A stretch of DNA of 64,000 nucleotides from Candidatus Omnitrophota bacterium (GTDB lineage Bacteria; Omnitrophota; Omnitrophia; Omnitrophales; Aquincolibacteriaceae): positions 6,270 through 70,269 of the forward strand of contig JBDRCT010000013.1 of NCBI GenBank assembly GCA_043821445.1. The letters are read 5' to 3'. Positions 41,275 to 52,300 of this stretch are shown piece after piece; position 1 is the stretch's first letter, and every line of letters starts with the position of its first letter. The notes below the pieces were generated by a model. That model searched no databases and had not been told where the DNA came from. It saw nothing but the letters and a program-made list of their open reading frames with translations. The translations under genes were made by a program, and so were the position numbers.

Positions 41275-42597
41275 TCACTTTTCCTGTGAGATCTTTTGAA
41301 GGACCCCCATCTCGCGGGCGCGTTCCATGAACTTCGGTCTCAGGTCGTGAATCTTGAAAGCACCCTCTACATCCTTGTGAGCATGAACCTGTTTCAGCTC
41401 AAAAGAGGCCAATTCCTGCATGGTCACAACATCCCCTTCGAGACCCGATATCTCACAAATAGATTCGATCCTTCGTTTTCCGTCGGGATATCGCCTGATC
41501 TGGATCACAAGGTTCAAGGCGTTCGCGATCTGCCTGACAATCGTCTGATGATCAAAACGGATCCCGGACATCATGATCATGGTTTCGAGGCGCCCTAAGG
41601 CGTCGCTGGGAGAATTTGCGTGAATGGAAGTCAAAGAGCCCTCGTGACCCGTATTCATGGCCTGCATCATGTCCAAAGCCTCGTTCCCGCGGACTTCCCC
41701 CACAATGATACGGTCCGGCCTCATACGCAAAGAATTCCGGAACAGATCACATTGTGACACGCCCCCTTTCCCCTCAATGTTGGAAGGGCGTATCTCAAGC
41801 CGGACCACATGCGGCTGCTGTAACTGAAGTTCGGCGGCGTCTTCGATCGTCACGATCCTCTCATCCGCCGGAATGAACGCAGAAAGCACGTTCAAGAGCG
41901 TTGTTTTCCCGGTACCTGTTCCGCCGGAGATCAGGATGTTCATCTTGGTGAGGACCGCCACATGCAAAAGGAAGAGCATTTCAGAACTGATGCTTTTGAG
42001 CTCAACAAGATCCGAAGCTGTCAAGGGCTGCGCCTTGAATCTTCGTATGGAAAGACAAGGGCCATCCAACGCTAACGGAGGGATGATCGCATTGACGCGC
42101 GATCCGTCGGACAGCCGGGCATCCACCATCGGGGAAGAATCATCGATGCGCCGTCCGACACGAGCGACGATCCGGTTAATGATGTGCCGCAAGTGCGTGT
42201 TATCTTTGAAATAGATCTTTGCCTTCTCGATCTTGCCCCGGCGTTCGACGAAAACACTTTCGTAATTGTTGACCATGATATCATCAATGCTGGTATCTGC
42301 CAGAAGCGGCTCGAGCGGACCCAGCCCGAAAGTCTCATACACCACCTCTTGCACTAGCCGGGTTTTTTCTGCCGCCGCGAGAGGCAGAGGGGTCTTTTCC
42401 AAAAGTTCAGAGGCAAAATGGGCGATCTCTTCCCGTGCTGTTTCATTATCGAATTGGAGAAGCACCTCCAGGTCCACGTTATCGATAATGCTTTGATGCA
42501 ACTGGGTCTTCAGCTCGTTAAGCTCGCGCCAGCGTGAACGATGGTCGACTTCTCCCTTACTCGAAACCATGGGCTGTTTTGGAAAAAGAATATCCAT
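41275..42597 (-). CDS. cpaF: Tad pilus ATPase CpaF/TadA
   Basis: Walker [12 protein letters not shown], Walker B/Asp box, and the TadA His box [37 protein letters not shown]. Confidence 0.85.
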   Translation of the reverse strand: MDILFPKQPMVSSKGEVDHRSRWRELNELKTQLHQSIIDNVDLEVLLQFDNETAREEIAHFASELLEKTPLPLAAAEKTRLVQEVVYETFGLGPLEPLLADTSIDDIMVNNYESVFVERRGKIEKAKIYFKDNTHLRHIINRIVARVGRRIDDSSPMVDARLSDGSRVNAIIPPLALDGPCLSIRRFKAQPLTASDLVELKSISSEMLFLLHVAVLTKMNILISGGTGTGKTTLLNVLSAFIPADERIVTIEDAAELQLQQPHVVRLEIRPSNIEGKGGVSQCDLFRNSLRMRPDRIIVGEVRGNEALDMMQAMNTGHEGSLTSIHANSPSDALGRLETMIMMSGIRFDHQTIVRQIANALNLVIQIRRYPDGKRRIESICEISGLEGDVVTMQELASFELKQVHAHKDVEGAFKIHDLRPKFMERAREMGVLQKISQEK

Positions 42598-42604
42598 AGT
42601 GGTT

Positions 42605-43828
42605 TCAGGCTCCTAATCGTTTTAAAAAAGACGAAGCAAGATTTTTTTTCGCGGTTGGCTGCTCCATTTTCCCCGGAGCACGCACCGCCTGGGCGATCTC
42701 CTCGATCCCTTTTCCTAAAGCGGAGCCCGGATGAACATCCTCGAGCAATTTCCCCTCATTCAGGGCCTGGATGCAAAGGGCATAATGGTTCGGCAGACGG
42801 TAAGCGATCGAATGCCCTGTATGTTTTTCAAAATCTTTGACGATATCGAGCTGGTTCTTGGCGTTAAAACGATTGATGACGACGATGACCTTATCGAACG
42901 GAAAATGCATTTTCCGTAATTTGTTGAAGAAACTCACCATCCCCTTCATCGAAAGAACATCCAGCGTCCCGATCAGGAAGATCGTATCGGATTGAGAAAG
43001 GACCATTTGAACCAGAGAAACGTCCCGGCCGCCAAGGTCCACGATCACATAATCGGCCATGGTCCGGAGGTAAGAAAATACGTTCTGCAATTCCACAAAA
43101 TTCGAGGAAGACACTGCTTCCTGATCTTCGCGAGCCGCTGCCAGGATCTCTAACCCTGAGGCATGCCGGATCAAGGTCCCCTCCAGGAAAGAGTTGTCAA
43201 TAAGGTCGGCATGATCCAGAACATCCCGGATCGTATAAAGCGGATGCAGATTCAAGTAGGTCATAGCATCCCCGCACCCACTTGAAAGATCACAAACGAG
43301 TGTCCGTTGACCACTGCATTGCAAAAGACTTGCCGCAAGATTCACGGAAAAAAGAGTAACGCCGGATCCCCCTTTAGGACCAAAAACTGCCAGAATCTTG
43401 CCGCGAGGGGTTTTTTCTTTTGACTCTTCTTTTGAATGGCGACGGGTATTTTTGAATTTTCTAAGGTATTCCTGGAGATCCTTTTGAAGGGAAGCCCGCA
43501 TCAAAAAATCTTTGACACCCACTTTAAGGAAGCGGAGCATTTCGGGGACTTCAAGATGCATTTTGGAACAGATCACATCCGCGCGGTCGAAAACTTGTAC
43601 GATTTCTCCGACTAATTCGACCCGGTCCCCCTGGAGGCTTTCAAGGTCCAAGAAAAGGACATCAGGCTGTTTGGGTCCCGCATATTGAGACAATTCCACG
43701 GGAGCACAGGCACGGACCTCCCAGGGAGATTCGCCGCCGCCCTCTTGTTTCAGGCATGCGTTCACTTCTCCGATGAAATTTTGATCACGAGTCGCTAATA
43801 AAATATACAACTTCTTCTCTAAAGCCAT
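42605..43828 (-). CDS. cpaE: CpaE/TadZ: receiver-like N-domain plus ParA/MinD-type ATPase
   Basis: LAVFGPKGGSGVTLFSVNLAASL deviant Walker A, N-terminal CheY-like fold. Confidence 0.75.
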   Translation of the reverse strand: MALEKKLYILLATRDQNFIGEVNACLKQEGGGESPWEVRACAPVELSQYAGPKQPDVLFLDLESLQGDRVELVGEIVQVFDRADVICSKMHLEVPEMLRFLKVGVKDFLMRASLQKDLQEYLRKFKNTRRHSKEESKEKTPRGKILAVFGPKGGSGVTLFSVNLAASLLQCSGQRTLVCDLSSGCGDAMTYLNLHPLYTIRDVLDHADLIDNSFLEGTLIRHASGLEILAAAREDQEAVSSSNFVELQNVFSYLRTMADYVIVDLGGRDVSLVQMVLSQSDTIFLIGTLDVLSMKGMVSFFNKLRKMHFPFDKVIVVINRFNAKNQLDIVKDFEKHTGHSIAYRLPNHYALCIQALNEGKLLEDVHPGSALGKGIEEIAQAVRAPGKMEQPTAKKNLASSFLKRLGA

Positions 43829-43889
43829 ACTGGACACCACTTTCTTGCCTTAAAGGAGAAAAGTTATGCGGCATGATCCCTTGAAAGCG

Positions 43890-43932
43890 GGACCCGCATG
43901 CTTCTCAAAAAAGACGCCTGTCATCATACGCT
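43890..43932 (-). terminator. Candidate partial terminator/attenuator hairpin between the flp pilin genes and cpaE
   Basis: GCATGATCCC-ttgaaagc-GGGACCCGCATGC inverted repeat. On the minus strand it is followed by a moderately U-rich tract (ACUUUUCUCCUUU). Confidence 0.3.
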
Positions 43933-43960
43933 GAGACGTCTTGCCTTCCCCCTCAAACTT

Positions 43961-44137
43961 TTACGTTGTTGCAGTGGTCACTCGCCCGGCTAGATAATTT
44001 GAGACTGCGGTCACTGCATTTTGAAAAGCGCCCGTCCTTAACGCAATGACGATCACTGCCACAACAATGGCAAGGATCATCGCATACTCTAAAGCGCCCT
44101 GTCCTTTTTTGTCCCTTAGCTTTTCGAAAAGTTTCAT
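43961..44137 (-). CDS. flp: Flp-family type IVb pilin (not in ORF track, below 60 aa)
   Basis: Manual translation gives MKLFEKLRDKKGQGALEYAMILAIVVAVIVIALRTGAFQNAVTAVSNYLAGRVTTATT. It carries the Flp G/xxxxEY processing motif followed by a hydrophobic helix. Confidence 0.8.
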   Translation of the reverse strand: MKLFEKLRDKKGQGALEYAMILAIVVAVIVIALRTGAFQNAVTAVSNYLAGRVTTATT

Positions 44138-44253
44138 TCTCGTATTCTCCTTTTATGTTATTTTAAGATAAACCCGCCAAAATCCAAAAACCCCTTTTAG
44201 CTTTGATCCCTACTGTAACGACCCTTCAAGGATTTTATTGAGAAACCGCTCCG

Positions 44254-44430
44254 CTAGGTTGTTGCTGTTGTCACCCGGGCGCTTAAAAAATTCGAGACTG
44301 AGGTCACCGCATTTTGAAAAACTCCGAATTTAAACCCCATAACGATCACCGCCAAAACAATGGCAAGGATCATCGCATACTCTAAAGCACCCTGTCCCTT
44401 TTGATCCTGTAACTTTCTGAAAGGTCTCAT
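44254..44430 (-). CDS. flp: Flp-family pilin, second tandem paralog
   Basis: MRPFRKLQDQKGQGALEYAMILAIVLAVIVMGFKFGVFQNAVTSVSNFLSARVTTATT. A 40-nt core is identical to the first flp copy. Start is the internal ATG at 44430. Confidence 0.8.
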   Translation of the reverse strand: MRPFRKLQDQKGQGALEYAMILAIVLAVIVMGFKFGVFQNAVTSVSNFLSARVTTATT

Positions 44431-44576
44431 TCTTGGAGTCTCCCTTTCTGCTGTTTCAATAATAGACGCATCAAAACCTATCAATCCCGCTCAAGTCTAG
44501 CTACTATTGTAACGACTCTTCAATGATTTTGTTTAGAAATTGCTTCCGGGCTTTCTGCCTATGGGAGACATGTCAA

Positions 44577-46088
44577 TCAGGCGTCATACTCGATTACTCT
44601 GATCGTCTTAAGGTCCGCATTAATAATGTCTTTGAATGTTTGCGCGAGCGTGGCAGGGTCGGGGGTGTAGTAGAATTGACCCTCTTCCTGATTTCCATTG
44701 AGATTAGACGTCCCGGGAATAAATTGCGGATCAGCAGCCGCCCTAGGATCATTCGCAAGCTTCCGGAGCAAGATCCCTCGAACAGTCGATGGATCCGGTG
44801 TCGCAAACTCGTAGGGATCCGCGCCCACTGGAGGAAGTATCCCCAGTCCCACCGAATAAAAAGTGACTCTCCTGTCCGGATCGCCGGCATAAAGATCTTT
44901 TGCGTAATCCGCTTCCCGGATGGTCAGATCCATAGAAATTTTTCTTAAAAAATTAAACTCGCCAGGAGTCGGAAGAGGCCCCGGAGACAGTACGATCCCT
45001 CCGCCCATCGCAGCACCCATCGAATCAAGATACGTCCACCTTTCCAAACACTTATTGGCCACTCCGTCGTCGTTAGTAAGACTACCACCACTACAAGCAG
45101 GAAAAGCCCTGTTTATATCCACAAAATATTGCGGCGGAGAGTTACTATTGCCATGATTGCCCAGGGTTTCGACATCCTGGCTGTCAAAAAAGGGCTTGTA
45201 AATAACTCGCGCGTCAGGAAATCTAGTGAAGACCTTGTTCGGTACCCCGTCCGTGAACAAAATGACGATGCGCCTATAATCAACCCTCGGGGTCACTTCC
45301 GCCCCTTCCATCTGCTCTCTCCCTTTCAAAACGCCTTGAGCCATGTTGGTCCAGCCGCCTGGCGCCAGGCCGTCAATCGCATTTTTTATCAAGTCCGCGT
45401 TCCCGTCCTCATTCACTATAAGCATCCCTTGTTCCGAACCGGGCGGCGCTGTCCGGACGGTAGCGGAATCTGAGTATGAAATTAAGGCCATTTGATCATC
45501 GGGATAACTCAAAACATCTACCAGTTGTCTTGCCGCATCCCTGGCGGGCACAATTTTTTGCCGGCCGCCGACGATATCACCCATGGAACCCGAGTTATCA
45601 AAAACCATGCTCAAGATAACGGGCCTGCGGCTTGTGGCCGCCGCGGCTTTAACTAAAAGACCAAAGCTACTTGTTGAGGAACCACGGGTTGAGAAAGAGG
45701 AAAGAAATTTTGCCATCAAATAGTTGCAATTGGCACGCACACTGGCTCTGACTTTCGTAAGCGACGAAGTTCTGCTCGGCGCTTGGACATCGACGTTTGC
45801 CTCACCGACCATCTCGATACCTTGCTTTGTCGCCTGATGCCGGATAAAGCGCTGGACCCATACCCTGACTTCTTGTGGCGACTTCCCGTTCACAGAGGCT
45901 GCCACTCCGTTCAATGCGGCACTATCGAGGATTTTTTGCATTTGGCTGCGTCTTAAAAAAATAACTCCGGAATCTAATGCAAAACCGCTGAGCATCAGTC
46001 CCCCCAGAAAAAGAAAGACGAGACCCATCCCTATCTGACCTTTCATTCCCTGAAGTGAATTTTTTGATCCCTTCTTTCCTACAGTCAT
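44577..46088 (-). CDS. TadG-like membrane-anchored von Willebrand factor A domain protein
   Basis: N-terminal TM (GMGLVFLFLGGLMLSGF), vWA MIDAS motif (VILSMVFDNSGSMGD). First gene of the Tad operon. Confidence 0.65.
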   Translation of the reverse strand: MTVGKKGSKNSLQGMKGQIGMGLVFLFLGGLMLSGFALDSGVIFLRRSQMQKILDSAALNGVAASVNGKSPQEVRVWVQRFIRHQATKQGIEMVGEANVDVQAPSRTSSLTKVRASVRANCNYLMAKFLSSFSTRGSSTSSFGLLVKAAAATSRRPVILSMVFDNSGSMGDIVGGRQKIVPARDAARQLVDVLSYPDDQMALISYSDSATVRTAPPGSEQGMLIVNEDGNADLIKNAIDGLAPGGWTNMAQGVLKGREQMEGAEVTPRVDYRRIVILFTDGVPNKVFTRFPDARVIYKPFFDSQDVETLGNHGNSNSPPQYFVDINRAFPACSGGSLTNDDGVANKCLERWTYLDSMGAAMGGGIVLSPGPLPTPGEFNFLRKISMDLTIREADYAKDLYAGDPDRRVTFYSVGLGILPPVGADPYEFATPDPSTVRGILLRKLANDPRAAADPQFIPGTSNLNGNQEEGQFYYTPDPATLAQTFKDIINADLKTIRVIEYDA

Positions 46089-46286
46089 GTCTTCTTTTCT
46101 CCTGTGTTATTTCGCATCCTACACACCTAATTATACACCGATTATTAAAAAATTCTTATAAAATGTTTTACAAAGGTTATGTTGATAGCTATTGTTATAA
46201 AGAATTATATTTGAAAGACTTTCAACCGAAGGAGATTGACGAAACAGGCTAAGGATTGCACTTCAATCCTATTGCTTCGAACAGTC

Positions 46287-46321
46287 GATTTTAGAAGAAA
46301 CTATACCCATCTTCTAAAATC
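46287..46321. promoter_or_regulatory. Perfect 12-11-12 palindrome in the AT-rich region upstream of the Tad operon (candidate operator)
   Basis: GATTTTAGAAGA-aactataccca-TCTTCTAAAATC, about 200 nt upstream of the first Tad operon gene, in a 440 bp AT-rich non-coding region. Confidence 0.45.
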
Positions 46322-46528
46322 ATCCAAACCAAAGCACACCGCAATCTCTCTCCCGGCACGATGCTATCATGCTAAGGAGTTGCCTGATCACCAAACGTCA
46401 ATGACAGATCCCTGGCCTCTGCAATTCGAAACACTTTTCAATCGCAGGCGCTATGAATAAACAAGAGAAATTGAATCGGTGGGATTTCAAGATGGAACGG
46501 CTCATCCGGTCAGATAGAGACCTGCCTT

Positions 46529-46909
46529 TTAGCCGTTCTTTACCGGAGGAGTGGGATCATTAAAATAACTGCCTCTCAAAACATCCTTGACCAAAGTTTC
46601 GGGTTGATAGACGGGGGCATAGTCGGCCGGCTTGGCAACCGGGAACGTCACGATGTCATACAAACCCACCCCGGCCCTTTTGACCGTAAAAAATGCTCCC
46701 CGGAACAATCCGAGGATATAGCCTGTTATTTTATCCGGGGTACTTTCTAATGCAGGATCCATCTGATAAATGAATTCTCCGGGACTGGTGGCGACATTGG
46801 TGATGCCTCGAGCAAGTTTTTCCCAGGGATTTCCGGCCCAAACGGCCGAGGGCATAAAAAGAAGTGCCAACACCAGAGATAATAAGACCCGTTTACTCTT
46901 CTTGCTCAT
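46529..46909 (-). CDS. small secreted protein, paralog 1
   Basis: Signal peptide MSKKSKRVLLSLVLALLFMPSAVWA. Shares the GxYDIVTFPxxxPAxYxPVxxPE core with the 47199-47567 gene. Confidence 0.55.
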   Translation of the reverse strand: MSKKSKRVLLSLVLALLFMPSAVWAGNPWEKLARGITNVATSPGEFIYQMDPALESTPDKITGYILGLFRGAFFTVKRAGVGLYDIVTFPVAKPADYAPVYQPETLVKDVLRGSYFNDPTPPVKNG

Positions 46910-46998
46910 AAATCCCTCCTTAAGGAATTTTAAAGATCTTCACGACTTACCCTTACTGTATCGGCGGAACCCCAACTCCCTTTATCCTGTCATATAGC

Positions 46999-47060
46999 CT
47001 GTAGACCATAGTTCATATTAGACCACGGACCGAAGACCGCAGACTGTAGTGCGAAAAAAT
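46999..47060. repeat. Heptad-family repeat copy (reverse orientation), intergenic
   Basis: gtagaccatagttcatattagaccacggaccgaagaccgcagactgtagtgcg is the complement of the GGTCTGT/GGTCYGCAGTCTG family. It is followed at 47157-47190 by a TNTCTTG tandem 7-mer run. Confidence 0.6.
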
Positions 47061-47198
47061 TCCAAACTCCGAGGGACAAGCTACAAACAATTTTCAAACA
47101 GCAAAGACCAAAATCCAAATATTGTTATGTGTTTGGAAGTTGAGATTTCGGGTTTGTTTGTATCTTGTGTCTTGTTTCTTGTATCTTCCCTGAAAAAT

Positions 47199-47567
47199 CT
47201 ACGATTTTTCAGGTGCGAGTTGCCAGGGGAATTCGGGGGAAAGCACCGGTTTATATTTCGCAGGATAAGGGATCGGGAAGGTCACCATCTCGTAAACTCC
47301 GACCAAAGCCCGTCCCACGGCATAGATCGAACCGCGGCCCAATCCCGCCACCCAACTCGGCGGAAGCGTGTCATTGCGGACCTCTTTGGAGAGCTCGTTG
47401 GAGATCTCAAAGGGGCAAAGCGCCACGTTCAGAAACCCGCGCTGGAGTTTCCGGAGACACGTTCCCTCCCCCTGGATCTCAGCCTCCGGCGCTACAGCCG
47501 CCATCGCGGGAAGCGAGAAAGCAAGAAGAACGAACATCGCGATCAATATCGTATAGGGTCTTTGCAT
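47199..47567 (-). CDS. small secreted protein, paralog 2
   Basis: Signal peptide MQRPYTILIAMFVLLAFSLPAMA and the VGVYEMVTFPIPYPAKYKPVLSPE core. Start is the internal ATG at 47567. Confidence 0.55.
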   Translation of the reverse strand: MQRPYTILIAMFVLLAFSLPAMAAVAPEAEIQGEGTCLRKLQRGFLNVALCPFEISNELSKEVRNDTLPPSWVAGLGRGSIYAVGRALVGVYEMVTFPIPYPAKYKPVLSPEFPWQLAPEKS

Positions 47568-47579
47568 GGTCCCAATACC

Positions 47580-47720
47580 TTTCAATTTTTGCGAAGCGGT
47601 CCCAATACCAATCAATCACAGCCAAGCTGTGATTGGGGCCGTCCAAGTCGCCATCTAAAAAAAGAACATAAAGACTTGGGCAGAAATTGGGGCCATCCCA
47701 ACTACCATTAATGTAAAGAA
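47580..47720. repeat. Cluster of CCCAAT / GACTTGGGCAG-type hairpin repeats
   Basis: ggtcccaatacc occurs twice; cacagccaagctgtgattggggcc; gacttgggcagaaattggggcc; cccaact...agttggg. Related to the 49262-49352 element. Confidence 0.6.
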
Positions 47721-47796
47721 ATTTAAAGTTGGGATGGCGGGCATAATTTAACACCGAAGCCTCGGCAACGCCAGCCTGAAATCGGCTCGAGAGATA

Positions 47797-49224
47797 TCAG
47801 ACTTTGAGATAACTATTTACGGCTTGGGCGGCCTGGCGGCCCTGATTGATGGCCCACACCACGAGCGAGGCGCCGCGGACCGAGTCCCCCGCCGCGAAAA
47901 CACCCGGCACCGAACTCATGTAATTCTTGTCCGTCTGGATATTGCCCCGGGCGTCAAACTGAACTCCCAGGTCCGTCAGGAGCTTGGAATGTTCTACATG
48001 GACGAACCCCATGGCCAAAAGCACCAGGTCGGCCTGCAGAACGAATCCTGAACCCGGGATCTCCTTCATCGAATACTGCCCGCTCGTCTTGTCCTGCGTC
48101 CATTCCACCCGCGCGCAATGGACCTCGCGGACTTTCCCGTCCTTCCCTTTGAACTCCTTGGTCGTGATCGCCCAGTCCCGCTCACACCCCTCTTCATGAG
48201 AGGTCGAGGTCCTGAGGATCAGAGGCCAGTTGGGCCAGAAAGGGTTCCACGGCTCTTTCCATTCTTGAGGCTTCGGAAGGATCTCAAATTGATGGACCTT
48301 TTTGGCGCCCTGGCGGTTCGAAGTCCCCACGCAATCCGACCCCGTGTCCCCGCCGCCGATCACAAGCACCGTTTTCCCTTTCGCGGAAATAAGCGGGTCG
48401 GGTTTGATCTCGCCGGAAACGGCCTTGTTGGAAAGCGTCAAAAAATCCATGGCAAAGTGGATCCCGGAAAGTTCGCGGCCCGGGACCTTGAGATCGCGCG
48501 GCGCGCCGGCCCCCATCGTCAGAAGGACTACGTCAAAGTTCTTCTTAAGTTCTGCCGCGGAAAGCGTCGTCCCCGCATCGACATTCACCTCAAAGCGTAC
48601 GCCTTCGGCCTTTATTTGCTCGATGCGGCGGTCCAGCACCCATTTTTCAAGTTTGAAATCCGGGATCCCGTACCGGAGGAGTCCGCCGATCCTGGAGGAT
48701 TTTTCAAAAAGCGTGACAGTGTGTCCGGCGCGACGCAGCTGCTGGGCCGAAGCAAGCCCCGCGGGTCCGGAACCGATGATCGCGATCTTTTTTCCGGTTT
48801 CTTTCGCAGGGGGTTGGGGTTTCACCCAGCCTTCTGCGAATGCTTTTTCGATAATGGAAAGTTCGATCTGCTCGATCGTGACCGGAGCGCAATTGATCGC
48901 GAGCGTGCAAGCGGTTTCGCACGGGGCCGGGCAAACCCGCCCCGTCACTTCCGGAAGATTGTTCGTGAGGGAGAGACGCTCAAACGCTTCATGCCACTGG
49001 CCCCGGTAAACGGCGTCATTCCACTCCGGGATAAGGTTAGAAACGGGGCATCCGAGGGCATGGCAAAAAGGGATCCCGCAATCCATGCAGCGCGCGCCCT
49101 GCTTAAGAATCTCTTCGCCGAAAAACGGCTGGGCGATCTCCCGGTAGTCTTTCAGACGTTCCTGGACAGGCCGTTTGGGTGAGAAACTGCGTTGATATTC
49201 TAAGAAACCGTCCGACTTTCCCAT
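47797..49224 (-). CDS. gltD: glutamate synthase small (beta) subunit, NADPH-dependent
   Basis: N-terminal Fe-S Cys cluster (CMDCGIPFC...CPAPCE), [15 protein letters not shown] motif, and a second NAD(P) Rossmann. Confidence 0.85.
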   Translation of the reverse strand: MGKSDGFLEYQRSFSPKRPVQERLKDYREIAQPFFGEEILKQGARCMDCGIPFCHALGCPVSNLIPEWNDAVYRGQWHEAFERLSLTNNLPEVTGRVCPAPCETACTLAINCAPVTIEQIELSIIEKAFAEGWVKPQPPAKETGKKIAIIGSGPAGLASAQQLRRAGHTVTLFEKSSRIGGLLRYGIPDFKLEKWVLDRRIEQIKAEGVRFEVNVDAGTTLSAAELKKNFDVVLLTMGAGAPRDLKVPGRELSGIHFAMDFLTLSNKAVSGEIKPDPLISAKGKTVLVIGGGDTGSDCVGTSNRQGAKKVHQFEILPKPQEWKEPWNPFWPNWPLILRTSTSHEEGCERDWAITTKEFKGKDGKVREVHCARVEWTQDKTSGQYSMKEIPGSGFVLQADLVLLAMGFVHVEHSKLLTDLGVQFDARGNIQTDKNYMSSVPGVFAAGDSVRGASLVVWAINQGRQAAQAVNSYLKV

Positions 49225-49261
49225 TAGTACCGTTCTCCATTCAATTTCTAAGGGTTAACGG

Positions 49262-49352
49262 TACAGCCCAAGTCTTTTATTTCACTTACAGAATGGTTGA
49301 CTTGGGCAGCCCCAATTTCCGCTGTGCGGAAATTGATAAGTATTGGGACTGT
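49262..49352. repeat. Composite hairpin repeat element between gltB and gltD
   Basis: cagcccaagtc...gacttgggcag palindrome followed by gccccaatttccgctgtgcggaaattgataagtattgggactgt. This is nearly identical to 28760-28806 inside the giant ORF. Confidence 0.75.
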
Positions 49353-49385
49353 ACTGCGAACCCTTCAAATCAATAAAATGCGGTA

Positions 49386-52300
49386 TTAGAAAAAGACCTC
49401 TTCCGTCATCTCGGCCGATTCCGAATTTTTCATCTGGTGTTCTTTCATTTTGGCCACGGCCTTTTTGTAGTCCATGGGCATGACCTTTACAAAACGCGGC
49501 AACATTTCGTCCCAGCTGGCAAGGATCGCCTTGGCATACTGGCTACCCGTGAATTTTGCGTGCCGCTCGATCGCCGTCTTGAGGAACTCACGGTCCTCTT
49601 TTTCCGCGACAGGCTCAAGATCGACCATTTCAAGATTGCAACGCGTGTCAAAGAACTGGCTCTCATCAAGCACGTAGGCGATCCCGCCGCTCATGCCCGC
49701 CGCGAAGTTCACACCGGTCTGTCCCAGAATGATCACACGGCCGCCGGTCATGTACTCGCAGCCGTGATCTCCCACGCCTTCGACCACGGCCACCGCCCCG
49801 CTGTTGCGAACGCAAAACCTCACGCCGGCCCGGCCATGGATGTAGGCCTCTCCCCCGGTCGCGCCAAAAAGGTTCACATTCCCGGTGATGATATTATCCT
49901 GCGGCCGGAAAGTCGCGGACCTTGGCGGATACACGATGAGCCGTCCCCCCGAGAGTCCTTTGCCGAAATAATCATTCGCATCCCCTTCCAGCTCGAGAGT
50001 CACTCCGTGAGCAAGAAAAGCTCCGAAACTCTGCCCCGCCGATCCTTCGAATTTGATCTTGATCGTGTCTTCGGGTAACCCTTTCAGGCCATAGCGTTTC
50101 GCGATCTCATAACTTAAAGTCGTCCCGACCGTGCGATTGCAATTGCGGATCTTCTGTTCAAGAACGATCGGTTGTTTGAATTCGAGGGCGCTCTTGGCCT
50201 TTTTGATAAGATCCGGGTCCAAAGAAAGTGAAAAGTCATGCGCGGGGGCCGACACGCACCGGATCGATCCACCGTGAGGCACCTCGGGCACCGAAAGCAC
50301 TTTTGAAAAATCAAGGCCCCGGGTCTTGTAATGGGTAACCGCCTCAAGCACTTCGAGCCTGTCCACACGCCCCACCATCTCCTCAAATTTCTTGAACCCA
50401 AGTTCTGCCATGATCTCGCGGACTTCCTGAGCGATGAACCTCATAAAATTCATCAGGTGCTCCGGTTTCCCGGCGAAGCGTTTACGCAGTTCCGGGTTCT
50501 GGGTCGCCACTCCCACGGGACAGGTGTTTAAGTGGCACTTCCTCATCATGATGCATCCCAGGGTGACGACCGCCGTTGTCCCAAAACCAAATTCTTCGGC
50601 GCCGAGCATCGCGCCGATCACAATATCCCGGCCGGTTTTGAGCTGGCCGTCCACCTGAACGCGGATCCTGTCGCGCAGTTTGTTCATGACAAGCACCTGC
50701 TGGGCCTCGGCAAGTCCTATCTCCCACGGCGAACCCGCGTATTTGATCGAAGAAATGGGTGATGCGCCGGTCCCTCCGTCATGACCGCTGATCAGGACCA
50801 TGTCCGCTTTTCCTTTGGCGACCCCCGCGGCGACCGTACCGACGCCCACTTCCGAAACGAGCTTGACGGAGATACGCGCTTCGGGATTGGCGTTCTTCAG
50901 ATCGAAGATGAGCTGGGCCAGGTCCTCGATCGAATAAATATCATGATGGGGCGGCGGCGAAATAAGCATCACCCCGGGCGTCGAGTGACGCACCCGCGCG
51001 ATCAATTCGTCCACTTTATGGCCGGGAAGCTGCCCGCCTTCTCCAGGCTTCGCGCCCTGCGCCATCTTGATCTGAAGTTCCCGGGAATGGACCAGATAAT
51101 CGATCGTTACGCCGAAACGCGCCGACGCGACCTGCTTGATCGAGCTTTTGCTGGAGTCCCCGTTAGGGAGCGGCTTGTAACGGGCCTCGTCCTCGCCCCC
51201 TTCCCCCGAATTACTTCCGGCCCCCAGCCGGTTCATCGCGATCGCAATGGTCTCATGCGCCTCTTTGCTGATGGAACCGAAAGACATGGCCGAAGAAACG
51301 AACCGTTTTACGATGCTGTCCACCGGCTCCACTTCTTCGATCGGGACCGGTTGTCCTTTTTTAAACTTGAAAAGTCCGCGGAGCGTGCACAGGTTCTTGC
51401 TGATATCATTGACCTCAGACGTATAACGCTTGAAAACGTTGTAATCCCCCTCCCGGACCGATTGCTGAAGGTTGACGATCGCCTGAGGCGAGAAAAGGTG
51501 TTTTTCCGCGTTCAACCGGTAGTGATAACTCCCCCCGGAATCCAAGATCTCGGTGTTGGACCGCGATCCTTGAAAAGCCGCCGCGAACCGGTCCAGGGAT
51601 TCCCTCTCAACCACCTCCAGGCCGATCCCCTGGATGCGGGAAGGCGTCCCCGGAAAATAGCGCTTCACGAATTCATCGTTCAGTCCCACCGCCTCGAAGA
51701 TCTGGGCGCCGCGATAACTGCGAAGCGTGGAAATCCCCATTTTGGACATCACCTTCAAAAGGCCCTTTTTGACGGCGGTAATATAGTGCTCGATGGCAGT
51801 TTCAAGCGTTATTTCGGCGGACAAATGCCCGCGACGTTTCAGGTCGGCCAGACTTTCGAAGACAAGATAGGGATTGATCGCGTTCACGCCATAGCCCACG
51901 AGGCATGCGAAATGGTGCACCTCCCGGGCCTCGCCTGTCTCCAGCACAAGTCCGCCCAAATAGCGTTTGCCTTTCCGGATCAAATGCTGATGCACCGCGG
52001 AGCCGGCCAGAAGCGCCGGGATCGGCGCCTTCCCGGGTCCGGTTTCCCGGTCGCTTAGGATCACAAGCGAATATCCTTCATCAAGCTTCTGCTCCACGTG
52101 CACACAAAGCGCCTGAACAGATTTTTCTAAACTGCCTGCGGATGCCGAAACGTCAAAAAGCATTGGAACCGTGCACACACGAAAACTGGTCAAGTTAGAG
52201 GCCTTGAGGCGCTCGATGTCATCATTGGTGAGGATCGGGTGTGACAACTTCAACTGGTGACAGTGTTCAGGGGTCTCGCTCAAAAGATTGCCTTGCCGTC

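Noticed and set aside
47196-47218. Perfect 10-bp hairpin (ctgaaaaatc-tac-gatttttcag) as a rho-independent terminator
   Set aside because: It is not followed by a U-run on either strand and overlaps the stop codon of the 47199 gene. More likely part of the local repeat island.
48118-52058. Long plus-strand ORFs (48118-49182, 48302-49009, 50781-52058)
   Set aside because: Antisense to gltD and gltB, which have unmistakable motifs on the minus strand.
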